A stretch of DNA of 64,000 nucleotides from Longimicrobiales bacterium. Lineage in GTDB: Bacteria > Gemmatimonadota > Gemmatimonadetes > Longimicrobiales > Gaopeijiaceae. The stretch covers positions 992,001-1,056,000 of the forward strand of contig OZ241892.1 of the NCBI GenBank assembly GCA_965203485.1, given 5' to 3'. Position 1 is the stretch's first letter. The number at the start of each line of letters is the position of its first letter. Made by a program: the position numbers and the translations under genes. Under the pieces are notes generated by a model, which was given only the letters and a program-made list of their open reading frames with translations, had not been told where the DNA came from and made no database searches. Shown here piece by piece: positions 41,640-49,822 of this stretch.

Positions 41640-42375
41640 ACGCGGCGCACCGTTGCGTTGTGAGACTGTCTGGAGGGAGCAAGGTTGCGAAACGTTATGG
41701 AACTCGACGAGTTGCACATGCCAACCGTTCCGTCTGGGAAAGCGACTACGACCCATGTGGAACTCGCCCTCACATTTCGCACTGACATGCGCATTTGGAG
41801 TGGCGTTGCTGTTGCGTTGGCCACTGGCGTGCCGGAGGGAGCGACGCAACAGATTCTGGCAGTGGACATGGATGCCGGGCGAGAGGTCGGCCGCACCGGG
41901 AACGAAGGCTCTTTGCGCATTGAACGGCCGTCTCGCCGTCCCGTTGCAGGAGAATGGGGTGGTGTTCCGTGGCGACGCCGGCGAGAGCGTTGCATTGAGC
42001 GGAGAAGCCCGATCCGAATTGGACTGGTCCGTGGCCTCTAGGCGCTGTGACCTTCTCGATATCTCTATCGTCTACGGTCAAGCCAAGGTGGCATGTGCTG
42101 ATTCGACGGCATATGTGTTGGCCGGCACGGACCACGTGCTCACGGAGTACAAGACGGGAGCGGAGCCGCGCTTGGTCGCGATGCCCGCAGAGTTGGTGGA
42201 AGCCGCGCGCAAGAGAATGGAACAACCCAGCGGGAATGCCTTTTATCCTGGGTACGAGGCCCTTCCTGGCCGACGACGGTCGGCTCGTCATCTTGTACGT
42301 TGGCGTACGGATTGGCCGGAGCGGTCATGGACCGGACCATGGGCTGTTACGCGCTGGACAAGCCCAATTCCGCGC
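41640..42375 (+). pseudogene. degraded tandem copy (D''): variant peptide C-terminus plus internally deleted, frameshifted propeller
   Basis: VWESDYDPCGTRPHISH* then MRIWSGVAVALATG...; about 280 bp missing relative to the 40579 gene. Confidence 0.85.
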
Positions 42376-42567
42376 CCGTATGGAGCCACGGCGCGCGCGT
42401 CCCATTCGGCCATGTACGCGTCCCGGTGGGCGTTGCATCGTTTTGGTAGACAGCGACCGACGCGGTTCCTCTCTGCGATCGGGAGCGACCCGAGCCCGTC
42501 CGTGCGGGGACGCCGGGTGACGATTACGCTGGGCGGAAGGTAGCCCGCTGACACCGGAGGAGTGCCG

Positions 42568-42978
42568 ATGAACTTCGAGAATTGGCTTGGGACGCTGACC
42601 ACCGTCGCGATCATGTGCGGCGCGATGCTTGCCTTGGGGCGGTGGCTCCGGACGCAGACGGCGGATCAGATCGCCGTCCTCAAGGTGTCGATGGACCAGC
42701 AGTTTGCCGTGGTGGACCAGCGCTTCGCTGCCGTGGACCAGCGCTTCATTGCCGTGGACCAGCGCTTCGCCTCCATCAAGGAATCCATGGACCGGATGTC
42801 GCGGGAGAACAAGGAGGAGCACGCGGACATCCGGCGGAGCATCCAAGAGGCCACTCGGCAAGTGCTGGGGGTCATGGACCGGCGTTTCGAGGACACTGGC
42901 AAGCGGATGGACGAAATGAGCAAGCGCATCGACGACCTGCGCTCCCACGTCGATGCCGCCGGAGGGAGGGCGGCTTGA
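42568..42978 (+). CDS. membrane-anchored coiled-coil protein, paralog of 20820-21233
   Basis: MNFENWLGTLTTVAIMCGAMLALGRWLRTQTADQ; GTGGACCAGCGCTTC 21-bp tandem repeats; GGAGG RBS. Confidence 0.75.
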   Translation: MNFENWLGTLTTVAIMCGAMLALGRWLRTQTADQIAVLKVSMDQQFAVVDQRFAAVDQRFIAVDQRFASIKESMDRMSRENKEEHADIRRSIQEATRQVLGVMDRRFEDTGKRMDEMSKRIDDLRSHVDAAGGRAA

Positions 42979-42989
42979 GCGCGTCGCCC

Positions 42990-43247
42990 ACGCCGGGCAA
43001 CTCCCCCGGCCGGACGCCGGGACCGCACTGACAACTCCGGGCGCGCCTGCACTCCGGCCCCGCAACCCGAACGCGCCTCGGTGCCAGCGCCACCCGCGCT
43101 TCCTGGCGCTCCGAATCCTCGTCCACCCGCGTGATCCGTCACTCCGGCCGTAGCCCCATCATCCGCTCCACCCACTCCCGCATCTCCAAGAGTCACGCCG
43201 TCCCCCCAGTCCGTTCTACGGCGCCCACCGAAACAGGGGTAAGAGCC
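42990..43247 (-). mobile_element. ISL3-family left-end remnant, inverted relative to 39720
   Basis: Minus strand GGCTCTTACCCCTGTTTCGGTGGGCG...VDEDSERQEARVALA matches the 39720 copy. Confidence 0.8.
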
Positions 43248-43259
43248 GAAGGGCAGGTC

Positions 43260-43610
43260 CTACGGCGCCACGCCGAACAGCACCAGCGGGACCGCCGGCG
43301 TGCTCCTCCCCTGCCGGATCAGGTTGTAGAGCTCCCCTTCGTAGTACCCCGGTCCGGAGGACATCTCCGCCTGGAGTTCCTTCATCGGCAGAATCTCGAC
43401 GCCCACGTCGATCTTGTCGCCGACGAAAAACGCCATGTGCTTGACGAAGATGTCGAACGCCACAAATGCATATTTGCCGAACTGCACTTCGACAGCCACT
43501 CGTTGCTTGACGTAGTCGGTCTGATTGTACGAATAGATCGGTAGTTCGAAGCGATGGACCATCATCCATTCCAGGCCGTTCAGATGGGAGTATCGCTCAA
43601 CAATGCGCAC
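43260..43610 (-). pseudogene. BglII/BstYI-family type II restriction endonuclease, apparently internally deleted
   Basis: YSHLNGLEW...SYNQTDYVKQRVAVEVQFGKY...DVGVEILPMK; only 116 aa. Confidence 0.75.
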
Positions 43611-43612
43611 GG

Positions 43613-44490
43613 CTAATGGCCCCCTCCGGCCAAGGAGGGATCGTATATCGGTTTGTGCATGGGGCGGGTGCGCAACACGCCGGCGTCCAGGTTACGAACG
43701 CGCTGACGGGCGATCTCGACGTACTCGGCGACCACGTCGCAGCCGAAGGCGGCGCGTCCGTGCTTCCGAGCAGCCACCAACGACGACCCAACGCCCATGT
43801 AGGGGTCAAGGACGGCGTTGCCCTGCTCGGTCATGGACAAGACCAGCCGCTCCACGAGTTCGACGGGAAACTGACACGGATGCATCGTCTTCTCGACGTG
43901 GTTGGCCTTTACGTTCGGGATGTCCGAGACGTCCGAGGGATTCTTTCCCAACGGGTTTCCCGACCGCTTGCCCCTGTTCGGCCCCTTGAAGTACTTCTTG
44001 CCCGGATACTTAGAGGGGATCCGAACGGGATCAACGTCGAAGTAGTAATCGTCCGACGTCGTCAACCACAATATCGTCTCGTATCGCCCGGAAAACCGCT
44101 TTGTGCAGTGCAGTCCATGGCCGAAATGCCAGACAATGCGATTGCGCAGTCGCAACCCATGGGACTTGAACACGTCGTACAGCACAATGTCCAACGGAAC
44201 ACCTCGCGGCCGCGCACGTGGTTGCCCACCTGCCAGCAAAGCGATCCCCGCGAATCAAGAACTCGGACGCATTCGGCGATTGTCGCCGCCTGTTCTTCCA
44301 AGTACCGTTCGAGGCTTGTGCGCGTCTCGTATGATTTTCCGATGTTGTAGGGAGGAGAAGTGACGACTAGATGCATCGAGTCGCTGGGCAACGTTGCGAG
44401 AAAGTCCAAGTTGTCGGCGCATTCGATTCTCACGGCTAGGTCGGGGTTGGGGCCGTTCGCGATGTCGGCGCCGAGCAAGTATTGGGTCAA
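43613..44490 (-). pseudogene. site-specific DNA methyltransferase (N4-C/N6-A, beta class), frameshift near 44196
   Basis: VTSPPYNIGK, HPCQFP, VLDPYMGVGS; split over two frames. Confidence 0.85.
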
Positions 44491-44920
44491 TCGTGTCTCT
44501 CCGGTTGGAGCGTCTCGAAAACATCGGAAGGAATGCGCGAACGGTACCAAACGGCCAGGGGCGGGTCAAGGCGGCCGGTCGAATGGAGCGGCGAGTCGCC
44601 AAGACGGGCCGGTCTGCGTGCCGGGCGTGCGCGCGGGGGAGGGCAACGCCGGTCCACCACGAGGCGAGCCGCGAAGGGCGCCGTGGGCGGCGATCGTCAA
44701 CGAGCGCGAGGCCAGGCGGGCGCCGTCGTCGGCCAAACGGGAAACCGAGCCCGTGACGCGAGGAGGGCGTGGCAGGCGTTGCGTGGCGGCTGCCGGGACG
44801 CGGCGGGCTCGCGGCCGCCGGCCCGTCGCCTGCCGAATCGCGGGGATGGGGCGAGGCGTCCCTTCATCCAGCGAGCGAGTTCGCGCGGTGGCCCTCGCGC
44901 GGCTGCCCGTCGCCCTGGAT

Positions 44921-44949
44921 TTGCCATCTGCGAATCGATTCGTTATAGT
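44921..44949 (+). promoter_or_regulatory. strong sigma70-like promoter
   Basis: TTGCCA-N17-TATAGT. Confidence 0.75.
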
Positions 44950-44954
44950 TCCTA

Positions 44955-45421
44955 GCCCGGCGACCGAGGGCGCGGATCGAGAGTGACGCGCCGGGGGCGG
45001 CCCGCGAGGGAAGCCTCGGCAGTCGCCGGACCACGGGAGCCGGAGGGCTTCAGGGAAGGGGGAGGGCGGTCCGAGAGGAACGACCGGCCCCGGAAGGGAG
45101 TCCTTCGGAACTCGGACGCGCCGAGGAGGCCGCGAGCAGCGTTGCGAGACGCGGGGAGCGGGTTCCACGGCGAGCGCGGCGCCCCGATTCGGCGGGAGCC
45201 GCGACGGTTGCAAGGTCGCTGGACGCAACCGGAGTCCCCGGGAACGGGGGCGGCCCGGACCGCGGAGAACGCCGGAGACGGCGGAGGAGGCGGGACGGGA
45301 GAAGAGCACGGAGGACCGTGCCGTCGCACACGGCGGCGCCGAAACGGAACCCTCCCGCTCGCCAGCGAGACGGAGCCCCCGGCCGGGCGGTGTGCCTCCC
45401 GCCGGGGGCTCTTCTTTTTTT
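44955..45421 (+). ncRNA. candidate large structured ncRNA, copy A, unknown class
   Basis: Bounded by a promoter and an intrinsic terminator; more than 10 hairpins with GNRA/UUCG loops; structure retained in diverged copy B; no credible ORF. Confidence 0.7.
45373..45421 (+). terminator. intrinsic terminator
   Basis: GAGCCCCCGGC...GCCGGGGGCTC followed by TTCTTTTTTT. Confidence 0.85.
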
Positions 45422-45530
45422 GCGCCTTGTTCGCGCCGTCGGGTTACATTTGACGGCTTGCTCGTTGCCGGTCCCTTGGAACCGAAGGCGGGTCGGTTCC
45501 GTAAGTGTCCGAAGGCGCTTGGCCGCACAT

Positions 45531-45549
45531 CCCCCCCCCCCCCCCCCCC
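45531..45549. repeat. poly-C tract (19 nt) in the rpsA leader
   Basis: Seen directly; the homolog at ~39302 has only CCCCTT. Confidence 0.9.
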
Positions 45550-45638
45550 TCAACCCGGTCTCCCCCGCGCGGGAATCCAACGGACCGGCGAGAAACACCC
45601 GGAGCGCCGCCCTCCCCGGAAGGCGGCGAGCGCAACCC

Positions 45639-47828
45639 ATGACCGAGACAAGGGGTCCCGCTGGGGCCGGCGCGCGCCGGTCCCGGCCCGCACCGCGATT
45701 CGACCCGGACGACATCTCTCCGGAGTTCGTCCACGACACCTACGGCGAGGAAGTCCTCGACATCTCGAGCGACGCCTTCGAGGCGATGCTCGCCGAGCAC
45801 CAGACCGCGCGGGGCGACATCCGCGAAGGGGAGATCGTCAATGCCCGGGTTCTCCGGGTGACCGACGCGACGGTGATCCTCGAGTTCGGCTTCAAGAGCG
45901 AGGGCGCGGTCTCCATCGACGAGTTCAAGGACTCGGACGGCGTGGAGCCGGGCCAGGAAGTCGAAGTTCTGCTGGAGAGCCTGGAAGACGACGACGGCGT
46001 GGTCGTCCTTTCCAAGAAGAAGGCCGACTTCCTGCGCGTCTGGGAGCTGATCCGCGACGCCTACGAGAACGACCGGCCGGTCAGCGGTCTCCTCACCCGC
46101 AAGATCAAGGGCGGCGTGACGGTGGACATCATGGGGGTGGACGCCTTCCTTCCCGGTTCGCAGATCGCCCTTCGGCGGGTGCCCAACATCGAGGACCGCA
46201 TCGGGGAGACCTACGACTTCAAGATCATCAAGCTCAACAAGCGCCGCCGCAACATCGTCGTCTCGCGCCGGGTCATCCTGGAGCAGGAGCGCAAGGCGAA
46301 GCGCTCGACGCTGGTCAAGGAGCTGCTGAAGGGCCAGGTCCGGGAAGGGGTCGTCAAGAACATCACCGACTTCGGCGCCTTCGTGGATCTGGGCGGCCTG
46401 GACGGCCTGCTTCACATCACCGACATGTCGTGGGGCCGCGTGGGCCACCCGTCCGAAGTGGTGGACATCGGTGCGACCCTGGACGTCAAGGTGCTGGACG
46501 TCGACTGGAACCGCGAGCGCATCTCGTTGGGGCTCAAGCAGCTCCTCCCGTATCCGTGGAACGACATCGCCGACCGCTACCCGGTGGGCGCGCGCGTGCG
46601 GGGCAAGGTCGTCTCGATCACGAACTACGGCGCGTTCGTGGAGTTGCAGAGGGGCGTCGAAGGGCTCGTGCACATTTCCGAGATGTCGTGGACGAGGAAC
46701 GTGCGCCATCCCTCCAAGCTGGTGTCGGTGGGCGACGAGATCGAAGCGGTGGTCCTGCGCGTGGACCAGAAGGAAGAGAAGATCTCGCTGGGCATGAAGC
46801 AGACGGAAGAGGACCCGTGGCTCGCCTTGCCGCAGAAGCGCCCGCCGGGCACGCGCCTGTCGGGGACGGTCCGCAACCTCACGACGTACGGCGCGTTCGT
46901 CGAGATCGAGCCGGGGATCGACGGCTTGGTCCACGTGTCCGACATGAGCTGGACGAAGCACGTGGAGCACCCGTCGGAAGTGGTCCGCAAGGGTAGCCAG
47001 ATCGAAGTGATGGTCCTCGAGGTGGACTCGGACAAGAAGCGGGTGTCGCTCGGCGTCAAGCAGCTCGCCGACGATCCGTGGCCCGATCTGGTGGTGCGGT
47101 TCTCGGCCGGGGTGCAGCTGGACGCGACCGTGGTTCGAGTGCGCGACAAGGGCGTGCTCGTCAACTTGGGCGACGACGTGGAGGGCTTCGTGCCGGCCGC
47201 TCGCGCGGGCGTCGACTCGGGCGTGCTCGGCGAGCACTTCCGGGCGGGCGAAACCGTGGCCGTGCGGGTCGTGACGGCCGACGCCGGAGAACGCCGGATC
47301 GACCTTGAAGTCCTCGAGGCCCCGGAGCGGCGCAAGGCCGGTCCCGCTGGGGACGCCGCGGGAGACGACGAGGCGGCGGAGGAGGCCGGGACCGGGAAGA
47401 CGGCGTCCGAGCGCAAGGACGGGGAACCGGAAGAAGCCGTTGCGGGCGGAGAAGGCCGTGAGGGCGACGCGACCGCTCCCGTTCCCGAGGATTCGGAGCC
47501 GGAAGGAGCGGCCGCGGACGGAAAGGGCCGTGAAGACGGCAAGACCGAGTCGGCTCCTGAGGATTCGGAGCCGGAGTCCGAGACCGACGTTGCGCCCGCG
47601 CCCCTGGCCGACGAGCCGGAGTCCGAGGCCGAAGCTGCGGCGGTCCCGGAGGTCGGCGAGCCCGGGAGGCCCGAGACGGACGCCGCGGCCGATCCCCATC
47701 CGCCTGCTCCCGAGGATGCCGAGCCCGGCGGTGGGACCGCCGAAGCCGCCGAGAACTCCCCCGAGGCCGACGACGGCTCCGGTCGGCAGGGAGAGGCCGA
47801 CGCCCCCGCCGGCGAGCGCGGCGGCTAG
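45639..47828 (+). CDS. rpsA: 30S ribosomal protein S1 with long acidic C-terminal extension
   Basis: Repeated S1 domains (AFLPGSQI, ITDFGAFVDLGGLDGLLH, GLVHISEMSW). Confidence 0.97.
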   Translation: MTETRGPAGAGARRSRPAPRFDPDDISPEFVHDTYGEEVLDISSDAFEAMLAEHQTARGDIREGEIVNARVLRVTDATVILEFGFKSEGAVSIDEFKDSDGVEPGQEVEVLLESLEDDDGVVVLSKKKADFLRVWELIRDAYENDRPVSGLLTRKIKGGVTVDIMGVDAFLPGSQIALRRVPNIEDRIGETYDFKIIKLNKRRRNIVVSRRVILEQERKAKRSTLVKELLKGQVREGVVKNITDFGAFVDLGGLDGLLHITDMSWGRVGHPSEVVDIGATLDVKVLDVDWNRERISLGLKQLLPYPWNDIADRYPVGARVRGKVVSITNYGAFVELQRGVEGLVHISEMSWTRNVRHPSKLVSVGDEIEAVVLRVDQKEEKISLGMKQTEEDPWLALPQKRPPGTRLSGTVRNLTTYGAFVEIEPGIDGLVHVSDMSWTKHVEHPSEVVRKGSQIEVMVLEVDSDKKRVSLGVKQLADDPWPDLVVRFSAGVQLDATVVRVRDKGVLVNLGDDVEGFVPAARAGVDSGVLGEHFRAGETVAVRVVTADAGERRIDLEVLEAPERRKAGPAGDAAGDDEAAEEAGTGKTASERKDGEPEEAVAGGEGREGDATAPVPEDSEPEGAAADGKGREDGKTESAPEDSEPESETDVAPAPLADEPESEAEAAAVPEVGEPGRPETDAAADPHPPAPEDAEPGGGTAEAAENSPEADDGSGRQGEADAPAGERGG

Positions 47829-47838
47829 AGGGGCCGCG

Positions 47839-49788
47839 ATGGGCGGACCGCGCCGCCGGCGCCCGTGGCCGGTCATCGGCGCCGCCGCCGCGACCGACGC
47901 GACCGGCTTCGCCCTCCCGCGCGCGTCGGCCGGGCGTCGGGTTGCGACGGTTCCGCGCCCGTTCAAAGGGGTTCTTGCGGCGGCGCTGTGGGCGGCCTGC
48001 ATCCCGGCGGGCCCAGAGGACGCCTCGGCCCCTTTTCCGATCCCCAGCAGCTATCCGCCGATCGAGTCCGGCGGCTATTCGCCTGCCGACCACGCGAGCG
48101 CGGACCGCCTCCTCGTCGCGGCCCGAGAGGCTCTCGTGGCGCGGCAGTACGCGGCGGCGCTCGCGGCCGCCGTGCAGGTCGAGGACCGTCACGCCACCGT
48201 TCCCGGATCCTCGGAGGCCCTCTGGATCGTCGCCTTCGCGGCCCGCGGCGAGAGCCGCCACGCCGAAGCCGCGGAGACGGCCGGCGCCTTGGCCGACCTG
48301 CTGGGCGAAGACCACCCCGCGTTCCCCGAGGTGCAGGACTTCCGCGCCGGGGCCCTGTTCGACGCGGGCGCCTTCCTGGCGGCGGCCGAGGCGACGCTCC
48401 AGTTGCCCGAACGGGCGTACACCGAGGCCTCGGCCGCCCGCTTGGAGGCGGCGGTGGGCCGTCTGGGCCGCGACGATCTGAGACGCCTGGCCGCCGCCGC
48501 CCCGGACGGCGTCCCCGGCGAGCGCTTCGCCCCGGTGCTGGCCGAGCTGGCGCTCGCGACCGCCTACGCCTACGACGCGGAGGCGGCGCGCGCGTACGCG
48601 GAGCAGGCGCGCCGGGCGGGAGCGTCGGGCAGGGCGGCCCGCATCGCGGCGGCCGTGCTGGACGGCGACGTGTCGGCGCTCGGGGTGGCCGCGCCGCTGA
48701 TCGGTGTTGTGTTGCCGATCACCGGCTCGCCCGCGAACCGGGCGTACGCGGAATCGTTCCTGGAGGGCGTCGAGTTGGCGTCCGCGGCGGCGCGCCGCTC
48801 GGGCGTGCGCGTGGACGTTGCGGTCGAGGACAACCGCGGCACTGCGCGGGGCAGCGCGCGCAGCGTGCGGACGCTGGCGACGAAGGACGCCGTGGCGATC
48901 CTGGGCCCGCTCCGCGACGAGAACGTCTCCGAGGCCGCTCGCGCCAAGCCGGGCCGGGTTCCGCTGTTCTCGCCGACGGCCCAGCGCGTTTCCGCCGCGG
49001 ACGGCGTCTACAGCCTGGGCGCGGCGAGCCCGCTGGCCGCCCGGACGCTCGCTCGCTCGCTGGCCGGGCTCGGACACGCGACGGCGGTCGTGCTGCACGG
49101 GTCCGGCCACGGCGAGGTGCTGGAGGCGCGAGCGTTCGCGGACGCCTTCGCGGAGGCCGGAGGCGTAGTGGAGCGGCACGTCGAGTACCCGAGCGGCGCG
49201 ACGACGTTCCTCGAGCCGCTGGCCGAAGTGGAGCCGCTGGCGCCGGAGCTGCTGGTGGTGCTTTCGTCCCCAACGGACCTGGAGCTGCTCGCGCCGCAGA
49301 TGTCGTTCATGGGGCTGGACACGCTCGGCATCCAAGTCGCGGGCACGTCGGCGTGGACCTCTCCCGAGGTGACGAGTTCGGTGGCCCAACGCCACACGGA
49401 CCGCGTGATCGCCGTGAGTTCCACGCCGCCGGCCGAGCCCGGTGGTTCGAGCGAGCCCGCCGCCGCCTTCCGCGCCGCCTACGAGGATCGCTTCCGCAAG
49501 ACGCTCCAAAGCGGCGTGCCCGCCGTCGCCTTCGACCTGTTCCGGATGGCGCTCGCGGCGCACGGCGAAGGCCGGACGAGACCCGGCGGGGCGGCTGTCG
49601 GCGTCGAGAGCATGAGGCGCTTCCGGGGCGTGACCGGCACGTTCTCGGTCGTGGACGGAAGGCTCGAGCGCGAAGCGTTTCCCGTCCGCATCTTCCAGGG
49701 CGAGTTCCTTGCGGTCGACGCGGAGCTCCCCGAGGACGAGCGGCGCAGAACCCCTCCGCCCCGAACCCGGGTGCGCGGCGAGGCGTGA
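47839..49788 (+). CDS. LpoA-like / periplasmic binding protein type I with N-terminal helical region (start uncertain)
   Basis: [30 protein letters not shown]. Confidence 0.7.
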   Translation: MGGPRRRRPWPVIGAAAATDATGFALPRASAGRRVATVPRPFKGVLAAALWAACIPAGPEDASAPFPIPSSYPPIESGGYSPADHASADRLLVAAREALVARQYAAALAAAVQVEDRHATVPGSSEALWIVAFAARGESRHAEAAETAGALADLLGEDHPAFPEVQDFRAGALFDAGAFLAAAEATLQLPERAYTEASAARLEAAVGRLGRDDLRRLAAAAPDGVPGERFAPVLAELALATAYAYDAEAARAYAEQARRAGASGRAARIAAAVLDGDVSALGVAAPLIGVVLPITGSPANRAYAESFLEGVELASAAARRSGVRVDVAVEDNRGTARGSARSVRTLATKDAVAILGPLRDENVSEAARAKPGRVPLFSPTAQRVSAADGVYSLGAASPLAARTLARSLAGLGHATAVVLHGSGHGEVLEARAFADAFAEAGGVVERHVEYPSGATTFLEPLAEVEPLAPELLVVLSSPTDLELLAPQMSFMGLDTLGIQVAGTSAWTSPEVTSSVAQRHTDRVIAVSSTPPAEPGGSSEPAAAFRAAYEDRFRKTLQSGVPAVAFDLFRMALAAHGEGRTRPGGAAVGVESMRRFRGVTGTFSVVDGRLEREAFPVRIFQGEFLAVDAELPEDERRRTPPPRTRVRGEA

Positions 49789-49822
49789 TCCGCGCGCGGC
49801 CCGAGTCCCGCCGCCGCGTCCG

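Noticed and set aside
27577..41785. Diversity-generating retroelement explaining the variant peptide copies
   Set aside because: No reverse transcriptase in the window, and differences are not restricted to adenines.
24240..42375. Integron or CRISPR-like cassette array
   Set aside because: No integrase, no recognisable attC sites, no short regularly spaced repeats; each cassette has its own promoter.
42700..42770. 21-bp tandem repeats as a mini-CRISPR
   Set aside because: No spacers; they encode coiled-coil heptads in frame.
44955..45421. Identification of the structured RNA as RNase P RNA, tmRNA, SRP RNA or T-box
   Set aside because: No GAGGAAAGTCC/ACAGAA cores, no tRNA-like T-arm or CCA end, no T-box AGGGTGGNACCGCG. 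The SRP-like CCGGAAGGGAG in copy A is not kept in copy B. By-eye exclusion only; Rfam still needed.
45318..45638. N-terminal extension of the rpsA ORF given in the ORF track
   Set aside because: Runs through the terminator and poly-C leader; the homologous copy places the start at ATG 45639.
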